Source of the DNA: Cladosporium halotolerans
Lineage: Eukaryota
Assembly: GCF_011745625.1 (NCBI RefSeq)
Contig: NW_027191478.1
Span: forward strand, 1-64,000
Length of the DNA: 64,000 bases
Reading direction: 5' to 3'
Shown here in pieces: positions 23,583-34,862 of the stretch; the stretch's first letter is position 1, and each line of letters starts with the position of its first letter. A model generated the notes under the pieces. It was not told the origin of the DNA, made no database searches, and saw only the letters and a program-made list of their open reading frames with translations. Made by a program: the position numbers and the translations under genes.

Positions 23583-24863
23583 GTTGTCGGTATTGGCGAT
23601 TTATCGAGGTTGTCGGGAAAATCGTTCGTCGTCGCTAGGCGCTGGGGTGAGGGCAAAGTTCGTCTCCAGACGAGGGTGTACTTCAAAATTGGCCTGCGGC
23701 CAGCGGACGTGTGGCCTTGGCGAAAAGTGCGGCTGGTGCACTGGCGCGGAATCAACGCCGCGCCGTCGAGTACAAAACTTTGCTGCGACTTCAGCTTTCC
23801 AACCCTGCTTGCTCCATCAAGCACTGCATTTAGATTGGATGATACTGTGGCTGCAAAATTTCGCGCACGCGTCGTGAGATCTTGCAAGCCGCATGTTCAT
23901 CTCCATCTGTGTCGTGTGCGAAATACACCGCTACGAGGCTCATCTCGAGAGTCTTCAACACCACTAACCTGTCCGACCACCACCGCCAGTTCCAAATCAT
24001 CCGTAAGTCACACCCACCCAACCAACCCACCCCACCCACCACCCCTTTGCAATGACGAGATAATTTTTGCATCTTTTCTGGCAACCTCTTATGTCAGAGG
24101 CGCTGTTTCTGGCGTCTCAGTGATCTAAATGGACTCCTGATACACGCAAACCTCCACTCCACATTTGTTCTTCAAAGCATTCGGTGGACATCATTGCTGA
24201 CGTGGAATCAACAGGTCTTTACATGCTCGATTTCCACGGCCGTTTGGCGGATAGATTGGAGGATGAAATGTTTATGTAGCATGTCTATAGCCGAAATCCA
24301 CTTGTGTTCCTTGCAAAGATTCGTGTCATTGAAGCAATCTGACCCATACGATACCCAGGGCAAGCTATATGAAAACATCCAGACAGCTGCAGAAACCTAT
24401 GGCATGTACGGTCTTGTGCTGCTACCATAACTCTGCTCGCTTTCTACTCGAGAACTGCATAGTGTGCACAACACTCACCACTGCTGCAGCCCAAGCTGAC
24501 ATCAAATGCGAATCAAAATGTATAATGGTATATCAAGCTATGAAAATTACACACAACAAAGCGAGGGAACTATCGCTACAGCCTCCCCCGACCACGAAAA
24601 TAAAAGAAGAAAAAAAAAAGGAAAAGCTTCCGGCCGTTTCAGTTCGTTCGTTCCCAGAATCCCACTCCCCCAGCAATGCGTGTAATTTATGCAGATATGC
24701 ACCGCCTATCGAGGCCTCTTTCTCGCGCAGACGTTTTGTACAGCGCGCTCATGCGATGCTCTTCTCTTTCGGATGCAAAAAATGCCTTCGGATGCTTCAC
24801 TTGACTTCGCTTCTCAGATGCTCCTTTTCTCCGTGTCGCGTCTGCACATGCTCGGGAGAAATT

Positions 24864-26265
24864 TCAAGGCCACCACTTCATGCGCTTGTAGCTCTCGATG
24901 ACCTCCTCGATCTCCTGCTTCGTTATTCGCTCGTGCTTGGGCCTGCAAAAAAAGAAAAAAGACAGTCAGCAAAAGACCTTCCGAACGCAATTTGCAGGCG
25001 ATCCAGCGCAAACATACTTAAATCCCACAACACTCTCAAACCTCCCACCGTCCAAACACAAATCTGCATCCCTCAACAGCTCCTTCTCCATGAACGGGCT
25101 CAGCGGCCCGCCATTCTCCTTGATCCCGCTCTCCTCCTGCAAATCGGCCCAGTCGTCCAGCGTGTCGTCGTTAACCTCGTCGACAACATGCTCAAGGTTG
25201 AGGCGGGCGAACGTGTTGACAAGAGTGTTCTGAAACCCCGTCTCGATCCCAAACACCTCCTTGATGATCGCCGCCATTGTACCCTGCGAGGTGTTGCCCT
25301 TGTCAACGACGTTGAAAACGATGCGCGAGTCGGCAGGCGAGTTCGGTATTCGGTCGTTAGTAGCCGTCCAAGCCGCGGCGAGCCAGCACGCTAGCGCGGC
25401 GTCCTCGACGTGGAGGGTGTTGGTGCGCATGTCGCTGCTCCAGAGGTACTTCATGGTCTCGGGCTTGTCCCTGCTGCGGTCCTGGTAGACGCGGGCGAGG
25501 GCGAGCTGGGTGCCGAGCCAGCGGCCGGTGTAAGGGCCGTAGACGTGCGGCATGCGCAGGACGCAGAGCTTCAGGCCGGGGATTTTCGCGAGCTCCTCCT
25601 CGGCGGCCAGCTTCCACTTGGCCTGCTTGGTGTGCGGCTTGGACGTCTTGTCGTTTTCCTTTTGTGGGGTTTTGTTGGGGTTGTAGACGGTGCCGGTGCT
25701 GATTTCGATGAACGCTTTCACGCCGCGCTTCGCGGCCTCTTTGCCCACGGTCACGCTGAGCTGGTAGCTGCGCAGCTTGTACACCTCGTCTTCCTGCGAG
25801 AAGCGCGTCTCTCCGCCGCAGTTGAAGACATAGTCGAATTCGCGCTTTTGGCCGTCGGATGAGTCGGGCAGGTCGAAGATGCGTGCTTGAGATTGTTCGC
25901 GCGAGGCGTCCGCTTGTACGAAGTTCTCGAGAGAGCAGGCGGCTTCGTGCTCGGGAGCGAGGGAGGCGAGCTGCGGAAGCTGCTTGTCCACTATGCGAAG
26001 CGTCGACGCGAGATCATTGCTGTGGATGTGGTTGGCGAGGAAGCGGCCGATGTACCCTGGGTGGTTGCGACGAACGTCAGCGTTTGGGCGTTGCCGATGA
26101 GCTCGGCGAGTGCGCGTTTGCGCGCAACGTTATTCCCAACGCATTGCGACAGACTCGCCGAGCAACATTCTGAGATATCGCATGAGACGACATACCTAGG
26201 CCTCCAATGATGAGCACGGCAGGCTTGGTGGGGTTCGGGGTCGCGGGGTCAGCGGCATCGCCCAT
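24864..26265 (-). CDS. NAD-dependent epimerase/dehydratase (extended SDR) family protein
   Basis: Exons 26265-26196, 26056-25018, 24942-24864; VLIIGGLG|YIGRFLA Rossmann motif, VFNCGGETR, VLRMPHVYGP; C-terminus SYKRMKWWP. Confidence 0.9.
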
Positions 26266-28463
26266 CGTGCCCGAGTGCTGGTTTTGTGGTCCGGGCCGTT
26301 GGAGAGGAAAGCAACGCAAAGCGCAGACCCGAGGAACAGGAAGACAGGCGCAAGCGGCGGATAAGGCGATGTCCGGACGTCGAGCGCGCAGGCAGTCGTC
26401 TTGTCGAGTGCAGGAAGGGTGAGACGAAGACGGTAGGGAATGGCGAGAGCAAGGCCGGTATTCAGTCGTTGGCCCTTTGTACGCGAGTCAATGTCACGAG
26501 CCAGCCAGCCGGGTTGGGCGAGCGCTCGGGTCGCGGGTGGAAGGTTTGGCTGTGCTTGCGGGCGTTTGGCGGGCGCCACTACTGGACGAAGCGCGCGCGG
26601 TTCGACAACCTTGGAAGCCGAACGAGCAGATGGAGTGCAGACGCAGGATGCACGATGCAGGTGCGTGCAGGACGAAGAGGGGAGCGGTGCGAGCGACGGG
26701 GACCGGCGGGCGGGAGACGACACGGCGAGGGGCACAGGCGGATTTCGCTATTGCAGGAGCGAGATGAGCGCGCAGGGCGGTGGGGGCGAGTGCAGGCTCG
26801 GTATTAGACCGGAGCCCTCTGCATCCTCGGGCCTTAAGGCAGGCCTACCTTATAGTGTGGCCGGGTGCGCCAATCGCGCATGTTGTTAGTTACTCTTACT
26901 CTAGCAGGCTATGGCAATCGGCTGCACGCTGACGCCAGCGCTCTCTCTGCTGGGCGCGCTGGGGGCATGACTGGCGGGCGGCGCACATCGCCATGTCGCA
27001 GGCGCAGTGGGTGTCGCAGGGCCCGGCGCTTTGGCCGGTTTCTTCAGCTAGCGCCCGGTCTGGAGATTATCGAGGCAGTCTTTCTGCTCGAAGCGCCGGA
27101 GGCCCCAGCGGCCGGCCGTCGCAGAGCGCTGGGGATGCGGGCGCGAAGACTGACGGCTTGGGCTCCGGGTGTGCGCCTCCTGAAGCCCGCATGGAGCTAC
27201 ACTGGTAGCATAGTGCTGCAGACGCACGTTATGGAGACGGGCAGTAGTCGGGTGGAGTGCATGTCTTAAGGTGTGTGTTAGTCCCGGCTGAGCCTGGGTT
27301 CAGGTACCCTGCAGACTTTAGCCTTTTGATAGGTATCTGCCATCACAATCGCAGTGATCGTGACGGCTGCGACATTATCGCCGGATCACAGTCTCATTAG
27401 TCCCACGCCTGTGCGCGCATGCTTCACCTCGCATTCGGACAGATGTATAATCGCCCAGGGAAGCAGAGAGCCGAAGGGCGCATAGTGCCACGTCCAATAT
27501 CGCCCTCGTCACACTCCCCTGCCCTCCAGCTTGCAAAGCGGCCTGTGAAAACATCGGCTTCTGGGCAGAGAACCCGACTACACCGCAACGTCCGAACGGC
27601 TTAATCTCTGACGAGTTGCCCCGAGCGAGGATCTCTCACGAACAACCATGCCCCCAGCAAACCGGATGGATCAGGCGCTCAGCGGCACTTGCAGCCACGA
27701 TGCAGGTACCAGCATCGCACCGCACACCGTCACATTTTTCCAGAACATCCTCACAACCCAAGCTCCCACGGCGATTCAGAACGTCATGGCCTGGTTGACC
27801 GCCGCCGCCCAGCCCATGCGCTAAAACTCCCGAACTAGCAGAATACCACCCCTGTCCTGGCCGGAGATCTCCGGTACCGAGCGGACAGACGCATCCTTCC
27901 GCACGCGACGTCTTCCCTCTGCGAGACCTCATGAGAGCCTGAGGCACGAAAGGGGATTCACACCTACCTTGCGATCGGGTAAAGGAAAGCCAGCAGCATC
28001 AAGCCCCACATGCACATGTACATGATGACATAGAGAATCTCGCGAGGCGGAGAAGCAATGACCTTAGCGCCAGACTGACGAACGGATTCACTTCCCGCCT
28101 CGTCTGCAAGTCTGAAGAATGACTTGTTCGCGCGTTACGCGCGCCTCTGGCCCCGCCGCGCTTGTCGTCCACGACTTCTAGGGCATTGTGTAGTAGTGTA
28201 AAGTGTGTGTCGGCTGCCGAAGCCTTCTGCGATGATAAAGTAGCTTGTTGGTTTCGTGCTCGTATGACGATCTCTCCTTATCTTATCTCTCCAATTTTTG
28301 TCCTGCTCAAATAGCACGCTTGAATGCATAATCCATAAAGAAGTCCAAGAAAATACCCCCACGAACACAATCGCCCCCGCCCGCTAAATAGCATGCATAT
28401 GAGATCAAACAATCAATCCGTCAATCAATCGATATCGTCAAAACATTCAGAGATCAACGTCAC

Positions 28464-29786
28464 CTACTCCACCTCCGTCTCACAAAACAGACACCGGACC
28501 TCCTCAGAATACTGCTCGCCCGTCTCCGTCGTGATCACGATTTCGTCCTCTTCAGCGGGCTCGATATTCGGTCGGTCCGGGTATCCTTTCACGAAGACCT
28601 CTGCCGTCGTCAAACCTTTCGTTGCGTCCGCGACGGCTGTCAAGTTCGGGTTGTTGGCGGGATTCTTTAACTTGCCCTTTTTGGGGCTGGAGTCGGGTGG
28701 TTGGTTGGGGGATTGTGAGGCAACTGGAGGGGTGAGCTTGGTCAGTTGGGAATGGAATTGATTCGAAGAGGCAGGGCTAGACGGACTGGCTCGCTCAAGG
28801 GCGTTTTTGGCAATGCAGCGGACGTGCATCCACTTGCGGCATTCGCCGTTGGAGCACTGGACGATCAGCTCGTCTGGATTTTGGGGCGCGTCGTCAACGC
28901 ATATTCTTCGTAGATTCTTGAAACGCGTTAGCGGCTCGTTCGATTGGTCGATCTTCAACACAGCCATACCGAGAAAGATTTCGTATTCGCAAAATCAAAC
29001 GTTTGCCGCCAGAAAAACTCGTCTTCCGCAGGCATGCTCTGCTCATCGCCGTCCGCCTGCTCATCCCAATGTCGCACAGGCAGCGCGCCATTCACTGCCA
29101 TCGCATCGATGATATCCATCTGATTCGTCGGTATAAGCTCGTTCTTTCCATGGTAGTCTTTCCGCCCGCTGGGAAGATCTTCCGGTCGATTCAGCCAACT
29201 CAATCGTATGTAGACGTGTTCTTGATCCAGCGCCCGCACCTCCAGCACTTTCGCTTTCCATTGAGAGTGGATGTCCATCCGCGGATCTTCCGTCTCGTCG
29301 TGTTTGACCAAAATGCACTCGCCAGTCGCAATACTCTCAGATCCAACTGCGCCCTTGTCAGCCTCCACATTTTCCACACGCTCGATCCAAAAATGCGCAT
29401 CTCTTCCTACCTGTAAACTTCTTGTACCTTCGCAAACTCTCCCACTTGTCCCTCGGCTTCACCTCATACTGCACCGACAACCTCTGCTCAAACAGATCCT
29501 CCTGCACCTGCATGGGGTGCGCACCGCTGCGCTTCCTCTTCCGCGACGCGGGAACCGTGTGCACCAGAAACGGCCTCTCCGCAAGTTCCAGATACTCGTG
29601 CAATCGCCTGCGGTCACTCTCCGACAACTCGGCGGGTTGCGCGGCCGGCGATCTGGCTGCGCTGCGTTCTGGCGCTTTGGGCGGTTTGAGAGTCGGGGTT
29701 CTGGGCGTGCCGTTGGTCTGCGGTTTGGATTGCGACGCGCGCGGTTTGGCGCGTTTCGCTTGCGAGGGCGCTTTCTTGGTGCGCAT
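28464..29786 (-). CDS. BAH domain + split PHD finger protein (EPR-1/BP1/EBS-like chromatin reader)
   Basis: Exons 29786-29411, 29346-28970, 28916-28464; BAH: WKAKVLEVRA..HVYIRLSWLNRPEDL..ELIPTNQMDII; PHD: CVDDAPQNPD..QCSNGECRKWMHVRC ... distal CLFC. Confidence 0.85.
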
Positions 29787-30952
29787 GGTTGTGAGTTGTT
29801 GCGCGACACGCGTGGGCGTGCGCGAGAGGTGTGAAAGTGAAGTGTGCGCGATCGGCGGGCGGCCTCGATTATTTCAGACGAAGACGCGCCTTGGTGGAGT
29901 TGAATGCGGCGCGTTGACTTGGAAGGAGCGACGGGGTTGCTGGCGCAATGTTCGCTGAGGGGATTGGCTCGTAAGCCAGCAAAAATCGATGCGAAGGGCC
30001 TGTTGACGACGGTGTTGCAGCCTTTGTCGAGTCCTGGCTCTGACGTTTGTTATTGATATTGTCGCGGCTGGCGGCGTCGGCGTTGGCGTCTGAAACGCGC
30101 CGGATGGCTCGTGCACGCCTCCGAGGCTGTCTGAAGAGACATCGACGGGATCGTGCGGTCGGCCTGCCACTCGTCGCCGCCTTGTCGTAGTGTTCTTGAG
30201 TATTATCGCTTACTCAGGGATTGCTGCAGATCAACCGTCGAGAGATCTTATGGAAAGAGCTAGTGGTGCAATTGCTATGCTCACATTCACGATTACCACC
30301 ACACTGTGCCATCGAGTCCAGATATGCATAATGTGTTTAGACTTTCCGATGTCGCCGCAAACGAGGGTATTGAGACGCGCTCGAGCATTGCCAGATGGCT
30401 TTCAGGCATCCGCGGGATCGTGCGCTTCGACGGAAACCGGCCAGCAGCAAACCACGTGGAGTAGATCACCGTCAAGCAGCACCGGCAAGGCTGCAACAGG
30501 GCAGGGCTGAGATGAAACGCGAAGCAGACGAAGCGAAGGTCACGTGCGCTCTAGAACAGAAGGCCTCGCGGCAAGCGAAGCCCCAAGCCCGCTAGCGAGC
30601 GGGTACAGCCGATAACATGCTCAGACTTGCTCAGGACTCCACCGCTGCCAGCCGTGCCACCGTGATGATGGAGCGCCGAGAGCCTGGCGGGCCAGCAGGC
30701 CAGCGACAAAGGTACGGACATCTGCTCGTAAACTCTCTCACGCCAATCCCACCATCTCCACCAACGTCCGATTCTTGCTCGCCTGCCGTACTTTTGACAC
30801 TCCACCATACCCATTGCTGTGCCTCGCGTTGTTCTTTGTCGACACCACCAACTGTTCCGAGCCACCTGCCGACGTAAAGACCAGTCGTCTGCAGTCACCG
30901 TCTTATCGATATACCGTAATCCCAACACGCGCCGATAACCACACCCTCCGCA

Positions 30953-31596
30953 ATGGACCACGACATGTCAGGCATGGACATGGGCGGAGACTCCTCCAGC
31001 AGCATGTCCCACTCCATGCCAATGGCCTTCACCAACGACCACAGCACACCCCTCTTCTCCAGCCAATGGGCACCCTCAACAACAGGCGGCTACGCCGGCA
31101 CTTGCATCTTCCTCATCGTGCTCGCCATCATCAGCCGAATGCTTGTCGCGTACCGCCATGTTCTCGAAGCCAAATGGCACGACCGCGCCGTGAAACGACG
31201 ATACATCTCAGTTGCAGGCGACTCGGACTGTGATAGGGAAAGGCAGGGCTTGCCAGCAGCCGAGAAGAGCGATGAGGCAACTTTGACCATGCGAGGGCTG
31301 GACGAGAGGGTCAAGATCATCAGGACGCCGACACACGCCGGAATGCAGATTACGCCTTGGAGGTTCAGCACCGATCTGCCCAGGGCGTGCGTCTTTACCG
31401 TTCAGGCTGGCGTCGCCTACCTTCTGTAAGTCCATTGACCCCCAGTGATGCGTTCATACTCATGCTAACAACCCACAGCATGTTGGCAGTCATGACCCTC
31501 AACGTCGGCTACTTTCTCTCGGTCCTCGCTGGCCTATTCCTGGGAGAGCTGGCTGTTGGACGTTACGCAGCCTTGGCCGACGACCACCACCACTAA
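30953..31596 (+). CDS. Ctr-family copper transporter
   Basis: Exons 30953-31425 and 31479-31596; Met-rich N-terminus, MAF motif, TM2 MLAVM (MxxxM), TM3 GLFLG, C-terminal HHH. Confidence 0.93.
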
Positions 31597-31900
31597 ACGA
31601 TCACGATCTATTCACGACTTGCAGCGTTCAAGCCATTTAGAGTATCCGGGAATACAGACCCAGATACCTGGTTCACATTCTGAATAAAGTTCCGGTCACC
31701 ATTTCCGCTTTCACTTTCCACATTCCTCACATACAGTACGACCTACATTCCACGCTGAGATTTTGTTGTCTCTTCTGCCCTCCTGTAAAAGGGGTACCAT
31801 CCACGCCATCAAACCTGTCTTATCAGTGTCAAGTTGCCTTTTTCGCTGCAGCAAGCACCACCCCGTCTGTCCCTACAGCTATATTTCTTGGCCTGTCAAC

Positions 31901-32894
31901 ATGCATTCCATCAGCATCGCCACGGCCTTTGGCCTCTTGGGGTCGGCATACGCGTTTCCTCAGCCGTTGTCCCTCAGCAAGAGACAGACCCTCGCATCGT
32001 TCTCCGATAGTACCTCTCCCACAGAGCCCCAGCTCCGCTTCTTCTAGCGACTAACACCTCCCAGTCGACATCCTCAACTATGCCCTGACGCTCGAACACC
32101 TTGAGGCAACCTTCTACCGCCAAGGTCTCGTCGCCTTGTCCGCCACCGACTTCTCCAATGCCGGCCTCCCGGCAACGGTCTACACCCGCCTGAGCGAAGT
32201 CGCCGCGCACGAGAAAGCGCACGTGGACTTCCTCACTGCCGCCCTAGGCTCTGCCGCCACCGCCGAGTGCACCTATGCCTTCCCGCTCGACACCGTCGCC
32301 TCCTTCCTCGCCGTGGCCTCCGTCCTCGAAGGCGTCGGCGTCTCGGCCTACCTCGGCGCCGCCCGCCAGATCTCCAACAAAGACTACCTGACGGCCGCCG
32401 GCAGCATCCTGACCGTCGAATCCCGGCACTCCGCCTACCTCCGCGACACCTCGTCCGGACAGCAACTCAGCCCCTTCCCGACCGCCAACGACGTCGGCTT
32501 GTCGCCAAACGCAATCTTCACTCTCGCCTCAGCCTTCATCACCTCCTGTCCGTCCACCAACCCTGTCCTGCCCGTCAAACCGTTCCCCGCCCTCGCCGCG
32601 TCCGCCACAGGCGCCGTGATGCCCGGCTCAGAAGTAGAAGTGAAGTCGAAAGCCGTGCTGACGCCGGGTGGCGATCACGCGAAATTGTACGCGGCTTTCA
32701 TCACGGCGTCGGGGCCCGTGTTCACGGATCTGGGCCAAGGTGGCGACGGAACGAGCTTCAGCGTTAAGGTGCCTGCGACTGGAGTCGCGGGGCAGAGTTA
32801 TCTTGTGCTGTGCAATTGCAATGAGAAGGTGGATGATAGCACTATTGTTGCTGGGCCGGCGATTGTGGAGGTCGGTACGGTGGAGGCTTCTTGA
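31901..32894 (+). CDS. Secreted ferritin-like domain protein (Rds1-like)
   Basis: Exons 31901-32009 and 32065-32894; signal peptide plus KR site; DILNYALTLEHLE, HEKAH, LEGVGVSAYLGAA, VESRH di-iron-type motifs. Confidence 0.9.
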
Positions 32895-33030
32895 CTCCAG
32901 AGATGATAGCAAGCAATGGTGGATCTGTTGGTCGCGTTTAGTGTCATGTCTATTGCATTTTGAAAGACAGATAATATTGCCTCCCGAATGACTGCCTCTC
33001 CGAATACCTACTCACAATCTCTTTCAAGCA

Positions 33031-34272
33031 TCAGCTCCCCGTCCACTTCACCTCCCTCTCCTCCGCCTTCCCAAAAACCTTCTCCCTCCCCGCCCCAACC
33101 ATAAAATCCCTCCCCTTTACCAGCCAAACAAACCAACTCGGCACCCACCACCCCCACAGCGCCCCAACACCCCTCCGCCTTCCAACAGGAACAAGCTGCA
33201 ACTCCCTCGTCTCCGCCTCGTACCTCCTATCCTCCCCCTCGGGCTCCGCGCCCAAATCCCCGTGCGCGGCGAGCAAGTCCCGCTGCAAGTTCGACGCCAG
33301 CACGGGGACCTGCGCGTTGATCTCGGGGATGCTGCCGCGCGAGAAAGAGGTCACGTCGCCTAGGGCGTAGACCAGCTTGCCTTCGCTGAGGCGGAGCGTG
33401 TGCGGGTTCGTGAGGAGGTGGCCGGAGGCGGAGAGGAGGGCGGGCGGGGCGTAGGAGGTCAGCGGGGTAGTGCCTGTGGCGGGGAGGTAGAGGTCTGCGG
33501 TCAGGGTTTGGTCGTCGGAGAGGGTGAGAGTGGTCTGCCGCGAGCCGGAAGGGGCGGCCGAGGTGACCTTCGTGTTGTACTGGACTTCGACGCCTAGGCG
33601 CTCGAGGTCGCGGGCTGCTTGGGCGGCGAGGGAGGGGCGGAGGGCGGGGAGGAGGCGCGGGGCGCTGGTGAGGAGGGTGATTTTGGCGGTCCGGTTGGAG
33701 GGGCGGGACTGGAACCAGCCGGGCGAGCCGTTGAGGTGCTCTGCGATTTCGCCGGCGGTCTCGACGCCTGCGGGTCCGCCGCCGGCGATGACGATTGATT
33801 TGGCAGAGGCGACTTGCTCGTTGATAGCTGTGAGGGCGGCCTCGATTTCCGCGTGTGAGTTGCCGAAGCTGGACTGCGTGAGGGAGGCGGTCTTGGAGCC
33901 TGTGGCGAGCACGAGCGCGTGATAGCTGATGGCGATATCTTTGCCCTCGGCGTTGGAAAGGTGGAGAATGCGTTTCTCAGGATCCCAAGATGTCGCTTTG
34001 GCGACGAGGAACTGGACTTTGTCTCCGTATTGCGCGAAGCCCGGCTCAATGTCGACGAACAGCCTGTCGTGAGCCAGCAGTGAGGCGCTGGCGATGGCGC
34101 GCGGTGAGGCGTGACGCTGGTAGAACTTGGGGGAGGCGTTGATCAGGATTACCTTGTAGTTGACTGTTGGAGAGCTTGGGAGGTGCGGGTAGGCATGCTT
34201 GAGGAAGTAGTGGGTAGCGCTTATGCCGGCGTAGGAGGCGCCCAGGAAGACGATGTTGCGCGTCTCGGACAT
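33031..34272 (-). CDS. AMID/AIF-like pyridine nucleotide-disulfide oxidoreductase
   Basis: VFLGASYAG, LVLATGS, IVIAGGGPAGVETAGE, VYALGD. Confidence 0.9.
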   Translation of the reverse strand: MSETRNIVFLGASYAGISATHYFLKHAYPHLPSSPTVNYKVILINASPKFYQRHASPRAIASASLLAHDRLFVDIEPGFAQYGDKVQFLVAKATSWDPEKRILHLSNAEGKDIAISYHALVLATGSKTASLTQSSFGNSHAEIEAALTAINEQVASAKSIVIAGGGPAGVETAGEIAEHLNGSPGWFQSRPSNRTAKITLLTSAPRLLPALRPSLAAQAARDLERLGVEVQYNTKVTSAAPSGSRQTTLTLSDDQTLTADLYLPATGTTPLTSYAPPALLSASGHLLTNPHTLRLSEGKLVYALGDVTSFSRGSIPEINAQVPVLASNLQRDLLAAHGDLGAEPEGEDRRYEAETRELQLVPVGRRRGVGALWGWWVPSWFVWLVKGRDFMVGAGREKVFGKAEEREVKWTGS

Positions 34273-34862
34273 GGAGGAGTTGCTGTTACCAGAAGTTGAG
34301 ACGAGAGTAGAATCGGAAGATCCGGAGTATCTGTCAAAGAGACAGAGTTTGATGTTGCGGAAGACAGAGTGAATAGACGATTACGTTCATGGAGAGCCCT
34401 ACCTTTATCGTCGCGAGAAACCTGGACAAAATGCGAAATGCCTTTGTGACACATTGCAGCCTTGGAATTCACCAAAAGGAACTTCCAAGACTCTGCACCT
34501 CGTCTATATCAGATAATCATTGTGTAAGAGAGAGCGATGTTCGGAGTGTTCTCAGCACCGAATGAAGTGCGCTGACAAAGGCTGAGCGAGGCGCCGGAGG
34601 CTACAACTAATCACTAAAGCCGGCCAAGGCCTGAAAGGAAGCCGAACGCGGTGGCCGGCTAGGCTCTCTTCCGGTGTCACCGACTCAATAATGAGAGATG
34701 CACATGATAAGGTAGCGAGCCGTATCCAAAAAGCAGTAGATGGTTATTCTTGCGACAATCAATGGATTGCAAAACTCAAATATGATTGGGTATCGATACT
34801 AACAGCAACGAGAAATCGCTTCACCTACACAAAGGGCACCACCCTACACAAATCCCCAGCGC

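Noticed and set aside
24369..25394. 341-aa + strand ORF
   Set aside because: It runs through poly-A tracts and the antisense strand of the epimerase gene, with no domain.
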